DNA of 63,517 nucleotides, counting the filler, from Archaeoglobus sp. JdFR-37 (GTDB lineage Archaea > Halobacteriota > Archaeoglobi > Archaeoglobales > Archaeoglobaceae): the NCBI GenBank assembly GCA_002010215.1. It is 3 parts of 3 records of this genome, joined end to end, with 100 filler letters (N's around TTAATTAATTAA, not from the genome) between each part and the next. Parts side by side here need not be neighbours in the genome. Positions count along the whole stretch, not along the records: positions 54,115 to 63,517 come from MTMY01000019.1; 2 more parts are not named here. The stretch is one strand, 5' to 3'. A program made the translations under genes and the position numbers. Under the pieces are notes generated by a model that saw nothing but the letters and a program-made list of their open reading frames with translations, made no database searches and was not told where the DNA came from. Positions 58,872 to 63,517 of the stretch are shown one piece after another. The first letter of the stretch is position 1. Each line of letters starts with the position of its first letter.

Positions 58872-60146
58872 CTATGGCCACAGGCCCCTGAGTCTCAGGG
58901 ACTCAATAACCCTCCTGAGTGCTATGACCATGGCAGCATCCCTCCATAGAATCCTCCCAAATTCCTGGCGGGTTACAATCATATCCCTGAACGCCTTTAC
59001 CAAAACCCTTTCCAGTTCTCTGTTGACTCTGTCGAGATCCCAGAAATACCGCTCGAGGTCCTGAACCCATTCAAAGTAGCTGACTATCACACCTCCTGAA
59101 TTGGCGAGAATATCTGGAACTACCAATTCACACTTTCTGTTGAGATGTTCTTCCGCCTCCGGAGTTATCGGGCCGTTTGCTGCTTCAACTATCATCCTTG
59201 CCCGTATTTTCTTCATGTTGTCACCATGAATTACTCCTCCTATGGCTGCCGGAATCAAAACATCAACCTTCAACTTCAGCAAGTTTTCGTTGCTTATGGG
59301 TTCACTGCCAGGAAAGTCAACAACACTTCCAGTCTCCCTCTTGTACCTTGCAAGAGCATCAACATCCAACCCATCCCAGTTAATAACACCTCCCCTCGAG
59401 TCGCTTACGGCAACTATCCTTGCACCCATCTCTGAAAGGGTCTTTGCTGCCCAATAACCCACATTTCCGTAACCCTGGATTGCGATGCTTGCGTCCTTTA
59501 TTGTGGAACCGATGGCCTTGGCAGATTCCCGAGTTATGATGGCAACGCCTCTCCCAGTGGCGCTCTCTCTTCCAAGAGACCCTCCAAGCTCAACTGGCTT
59601 CCCTGTGACGATGCCAGGAACAGTGTACCCTTTATAGACGCTGTATGTATCCATCATCCAAGCCATTGTCTGGGAGTCAGTATAGATGTCTGGAGCCGGT
59701 ATGTCACGATTCTCGCTGATTATAGGCATTATCGCCGTGGTAAACCGTCTGGTAAGTCTTTCAAGCTCACTGTTACTGAGCTCTTTGGGATTTACTCTTA
59801 CGCCTCCCTTTCCCCCTCCAAAAGGGATGTCAACCAGAGCACACTTCCAAGTCATCCACATGGAAAGGGCTATAACTTCCTCCATTGTCACATTAGGGTG
59901 GTACCTTATTCCTCCTTTATACGGCCCTCTGACGCCGCAGTGCTGGCTCCTATACCCCACAAAAACCCTAATCCTTCCATCATCCATGCGAACCGGAACT
60001 TTGACTGTAAGAACCCTATCCGGAACTTTCAGATAGTCAACCAGCTCTGAATCGAGGCCTATTAACTCCGCAGACCTTTCAAGCTGCCTACATGCCATTT
60101 CATAAGGGTTTGTTTCCGGATTGGTCGGATCGGCTTTCATCCTCAC
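58872..60146 (-). CDS. gdhA: Glutamate dehydrogenase (Glu/Leu/Phe/Val family)
   Basis: GPYKGGIRYHP, GGGKGG, GR.SATG, QGYGNVG, EAANGP and VSYFEW. Confidence 0.92.
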   Translation of the reverse strand: MRMKADPTNPETNPYEMACRQLERSAELIGLDSELVDYLKVPDRVLTVKVPVRMDDGRIRVFVGYRSQHCGVRGPYKGGIRYHPNVTMEEVIALSMWMTWKCALVDIPFGGGKGGVRVNPKELSNSELERLTRRFTTAIMPIISENRDIPAPDIYTDSQTMAWMMDTYSVYKGYTVPGIVTGKPVELGGSLGRESATGRGVAIITRESAKAIGSTIKDASIAIQGYGNVGYWAAKTLSEMGARIVAVSDSRGGVINWDGLDVDALARYKRETGSVVDFPGSEPISNENLLKLKVDVLIPAAIGGVIHGDNMKKIRARMIVEAANGPITPEAEEHLNRKCELVVPDILANSGGVIVSYFEWVQDLERYFWDLDRVNRELERVLVKAFRDMIVTRQEFGRILWRDAAMVIALRRVIESLRLRGLWP

Positions 60147-60375
60147 ACCTCAAAAGATTCAGCATGCATCCGATTTCATACCAAGCCCACGCCCACACAA
60201 CACATTCAAAAGCCCTCACAAGGTCACCTTTCGAAAGAAAATATTCAGAATCTCTTATATAAGCTTTGATATTGATTTCAAAATCCTTACCAGTTTCGTT
60301 GATGGCTGAAAAAGACTTGTCCTTTATCTTCTCAAGCCACTTTAGCGTTTCACTCCTGAGTTCCTCCTCAACCAT
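60100..60375 (-). CDS. DUF357 family protein
   Basis: AYIRDSEYFLSKGDLVRAFECVVWAWAW. Confidence 0.8.
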   Translation of the reverse strand: MVEEELRSETLKWLEKIKDKSFSAINETGKDFEINIKAYIRDSEYFLSKGDLVRAFECVVWAWAWYEIGCMLNLLRCEDESRSDQSGNKPL

Positions 60376-61645
60376 GCCTTTCCACCTTCAATTTTAGTCC
60401 ATCTCTCCCCACAATAACCACTTCATCTCCCTCTCTAAGCTCCTGATCGCTTTCTATTTGCCAGATTTCTCCATGAACCCTTGCAATTCCTTTTCCATCC
60501 TTAAACTCAATTATTACTCCTTTTTCACCAATGATTGCTTCTCCACCCACTTTCTTCCTAGCTTTTCTCAGCTGGAAAATTTTGAGGATAATGAAAGTCA
60601 TTACTGCAGCGATGCCAAGGCTAATACCAGTCATCAGTGACGGAAACGTGGAGTAAAACTCTTTGGGCATCAGAGGCTCTTCGAAAAGCATTATTGAGCC
60701 GAGAGTTATGCAGATGACCGATGCAGCACCTAGCAGACCGTAAGTTGGAGTCATCAGTTCTGCCAGCAGAAATAGGATGCCTAAGAGCAGCAAGATCGCT
60801 GCGATATAATTGACGTTCATCACTCCCATCCCAATAAGGCTGAGAATTAACAAAATTGCTCCAACAGTTTCAGCAAACATCCCTGGAGACGTGAGGCCGA
60901 AAATTAGGCTGTATAGCCCAACAAGGAAAAGAATGGATGCTATAAAGGGATTTGATAGAACTTCAAACACTTTAGCCTTTAGGGGTTTTTCTACTTTTAC
61001 TATCTCAACTGTACTTAAATCTAGAGTCATTTCAGCATCATCCGACCTTATCTTCCACCCATTGAGTTTTTCCAGCAGTTCGCTCCTCGAATCCGCTATG
61101 AGGTCTATGACTCCAAGCTCCAAGGCTTCTTTTGCCGTCAAAGTTCTCCCTTCAGTTACCATTTCTTCTATAACATGAACGTTTCTGCCTCTTTTCTCGG
61201 CAATACCCCTCACATATCCGGCAACATAACTTATGGTCTTTTTCTCAGCCGATTCTGATGCCCCTCCAGTAAATACGGGAGTTGCAGCGCCAACCGAGGT
61301 TGAACCTGCCATGGCTGCAACATGTCCAGATATCAGAATAATTGATCCTGCTGAAGCTGCGAAAGAGCCCGGGGGAACATAAGTCACAACAGGAGTTTCA
61401 CTGGCAAGAATTAGCTCCACCATTTTGTTGGTTGAGGAGAGGAGCCCTCCTGGCGTGCTGAGCACAATAAGGATAGCATCAGCATCTCTTTCTTCAGCAA
61501 TTCTGAAAGCTTTCTCAAGAGTGATGTAACTACCCTCATTTATTTCCCCTTTGATCTTTACCTCCACTATGGTGGCAGCTATTGCTGGCTGAATCGCTAT
61601 AAATAGAATCAAAGGAATCAAAGGAATGAGTAAGGCTAACCTCAT
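60368..61645 (-). CDS. nfeD: Long-form NfeD membrane-bound serine protease
   Basis: TPGGL, AASAG (Ser), GAATPV..EKK, TM block, C-terminal OB fold (GEIW). Confidence 0.88.
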   Translation of the reverse strand: MRLALLIPLIPLILFIAIQPAIAATIVEVKIKGEINEGSYITLEKAFRIAEERDADAILIVLSTPGGLLSSTNKMVELILASETPVVTYVPPGSFAASAGSIILISGHVAAMAGSTSVGAATPVFTGGASESAEKKTISYVAGYVRGIAEKRGRNVHVIEEMVTEGRTLTAKEALELGVIDLIADSRSELLEKLNGWKIRSDDAEMTLDLSTVEIVKVEKPLKAKVFEVLSNPFIASILFLVGLYSLIFGLTSPGMFAETVGAILLILSLIGMGVMNVNYIAAILLLLGILFLLAELMTPTYGLLGAASVICITLGSIMLFEEPLMPKEFYSTFPSLMTGISLGIAAVMTFIILKIFQLRKARKKVGGEAIIGEKGVIIEFKDGKGIARVHGEIWQIESDQELREGDEVVIVGRDGLKLKVERHG

Positions 61646-61715
61646 AAAATTAAATGGTTTTTCAGAAAATTAAAATTTATGCATTACATCTAGCAACATC
61701 ATGCACCATGCGACG

Positions 61716-62459
61716 TCATGCAATATCTCTGGATGTGTCTATCTGCACACCCTCGCTGATATAGAACTTGAAGGTCTCCATCATTGGCTGTCTGTTTCTT
61801 ATTTTCGGAATGGATAGCCTGCTAACAACCCTGTCTCCGATTCTTTCAGTATCTATATCGAAAATGACGTCGCAGACATCGAGAACCATGTTGACAAGAT
61901 CTGTTGGATGGACCCCCTTCATCATATAGAGATATATTAGGTTCTTTGTCTGCTTGGACATTATGTAAAGCTTATTCAGCAACCACTGCTTTAGTCCAAC
62001 ACTCACATCAAGAGATAAAAAGAAAGATATTGAATCAAAAATGATGACGTAATCTCCTCCCTGCTGGGAGATGTTTGAGAGGTGATGATCAATAAAATCA
62101 AAAATTTCCTTGTCTCTGTAGCGATCTTCCAGTATAAACTGTCCATATTCGTTTAAATAGTACTGAGAGAAAACGTCAATAAATTCCACGTTTTCTATAC
62201 TGAAACCCATGTTCAACATGTTTTCCTGTATGTACTGAGGAGGTCTGCTTGTATTGAAATAATAAGTTTTCCCAACACTGGCAAACTGATACAGAAAGGC
62301 CTCAGGCATGCTGAGTGGGTTAGCATAAACACAGGCCAAGCTACCCTCGGGCAGCCCCCCATCGAGACGGCGATCAAGAAGGAGGATACCAGTAGGTTTG
62401 GATTTTAAAGGTTCTTTTTTAAGCTGGAATCTACTCAGTTCTTGCATCATTATCACCAT
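61716..62459 (-). CDS. RAD55/KaiC-like RecA-superfamily protein with degenerate Walker A
   Basis: TGILLLDRRLDGGLPEGS, IIFDS and IPKIR..IDTSRDIA. Confidence 0.72.
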   Translation of the reverse strand: MVIMMQELSRFQLKKEPLKSKPTGILLLDRRLDGGLPEGSLACVYANPLSMPEAFLYQFASVGKTYYFNTSRPPQYIQENMLNMGFSIENVEFIDVFSQYYLNEYGQFILEDRYRDKEIFDFIDHHLSNISQQGGDYVIIFDSISFFLSLDVSVGLKQWLLNKLYIMSKQTKNLIYLYMMKGVHPTDLVNMVLDVCDVIFDIDTERIGDRVVSRLSIPKIRNRQPMMETFKFYISEGVQIDTSRDIA

Positions 62460-62524
62460 AACAATTACAATATTCTTTGGTCAAAACACTATAAAAAAGT
62501 TACTGCCTTAATAAATAAGACCCA

Positions 62525-62610
62525 CAAAGCTTATATACCGCTGAAAAAGTGCAAGGAAGCACGTGATCCCGCATCGTACGGATGCGGGTGAGCAAAAGGC
62601 TTATAAATCA
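62525..62610 (+). promoter_or_regulatory. Tandem rRNA operon promoters
   Basis: Purine-rich BRE + TTATATAC (62531) and BRE + TTATAAAT (62601), separated by an ATCCCGCATC..GATGCGGGT hairpin. Confidence 0.6.
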
Positions 62611-62643
62611 CTAAGTCACAATACATGGTTACACTACGAAAAA

Positions 62644-62809
62644 GCCGCGGGACCGGCAAGTACCCCGACAGGGCGTAAGCCCGAGATGAGGGGAGGTGTT
62701 CCCACCCGCGGTATAATGGTGAAGACGTGCTTCGCGGCACGTCTGATGTGGGCTTGCCAACAGGGCAGATCCGGTGGGCAAAGGACGTATTCACCTTTTG
62801 CCCCCGTCA
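62644..62809 (+). ncRNA. Structured 5' external transcribed spacer of the rRNA operon
   Basis: GCCGCGGG/CCCGCGGT stem enclosing CCCC/GGGG and GGGC-GTAA-GCCC; GACGTGC/GCACGTC hairpin; GGGCAAA/TTTGCCC stem. Confidence 0.55.

Positions 62810-63517
<708 letters not shown>

Overview
Archaeal DNA from an Archaeoglobales-like organism, judged from the 16S 5' end, histone, ftr/mptA/mfnA and the Archaeoglobus-type cdh/fwd genes. The window is three contigs joined by artificial N-spacers carrying a TTAATTAATTAA linker (27059-27158, 54015-54114), so adjacency across the gaps is not biological. It contains cofactor genes (mobA, mfnA, moeA, mptA), ftr, a histone, Arg/Pro genes, a cooF-cooS-flavoprotein CO dehydrogenase cluster, a tRNA-end-processing cluster, fwdG/B/D followed by the complete cdhA-B-C-cooC-cdhD-E ACDS operon, and gdhA. 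RNA genes are tRNA-Ala(CGC), tRNA-Arg(GCG), intron-containing tRNA-Tyr(GTA) and the start of an rRNA operon. A decayed integrative island lies next to tRNA-Arg, and there are several pseudogenes. The most notable observation is a 36-aa ORF below the ORF-track cutoff (48410-48520), translationally coupled inside the cdh operon. It is essentially a free-standing copy of a short amphipathic beta-strand motif also seen at the termini of CdhA, CdhC and CdhD, making it a candidate microprotein subunit or modulator of an ACDS assembly hub. All calls come from motif recognition by eye; no database searches were run.
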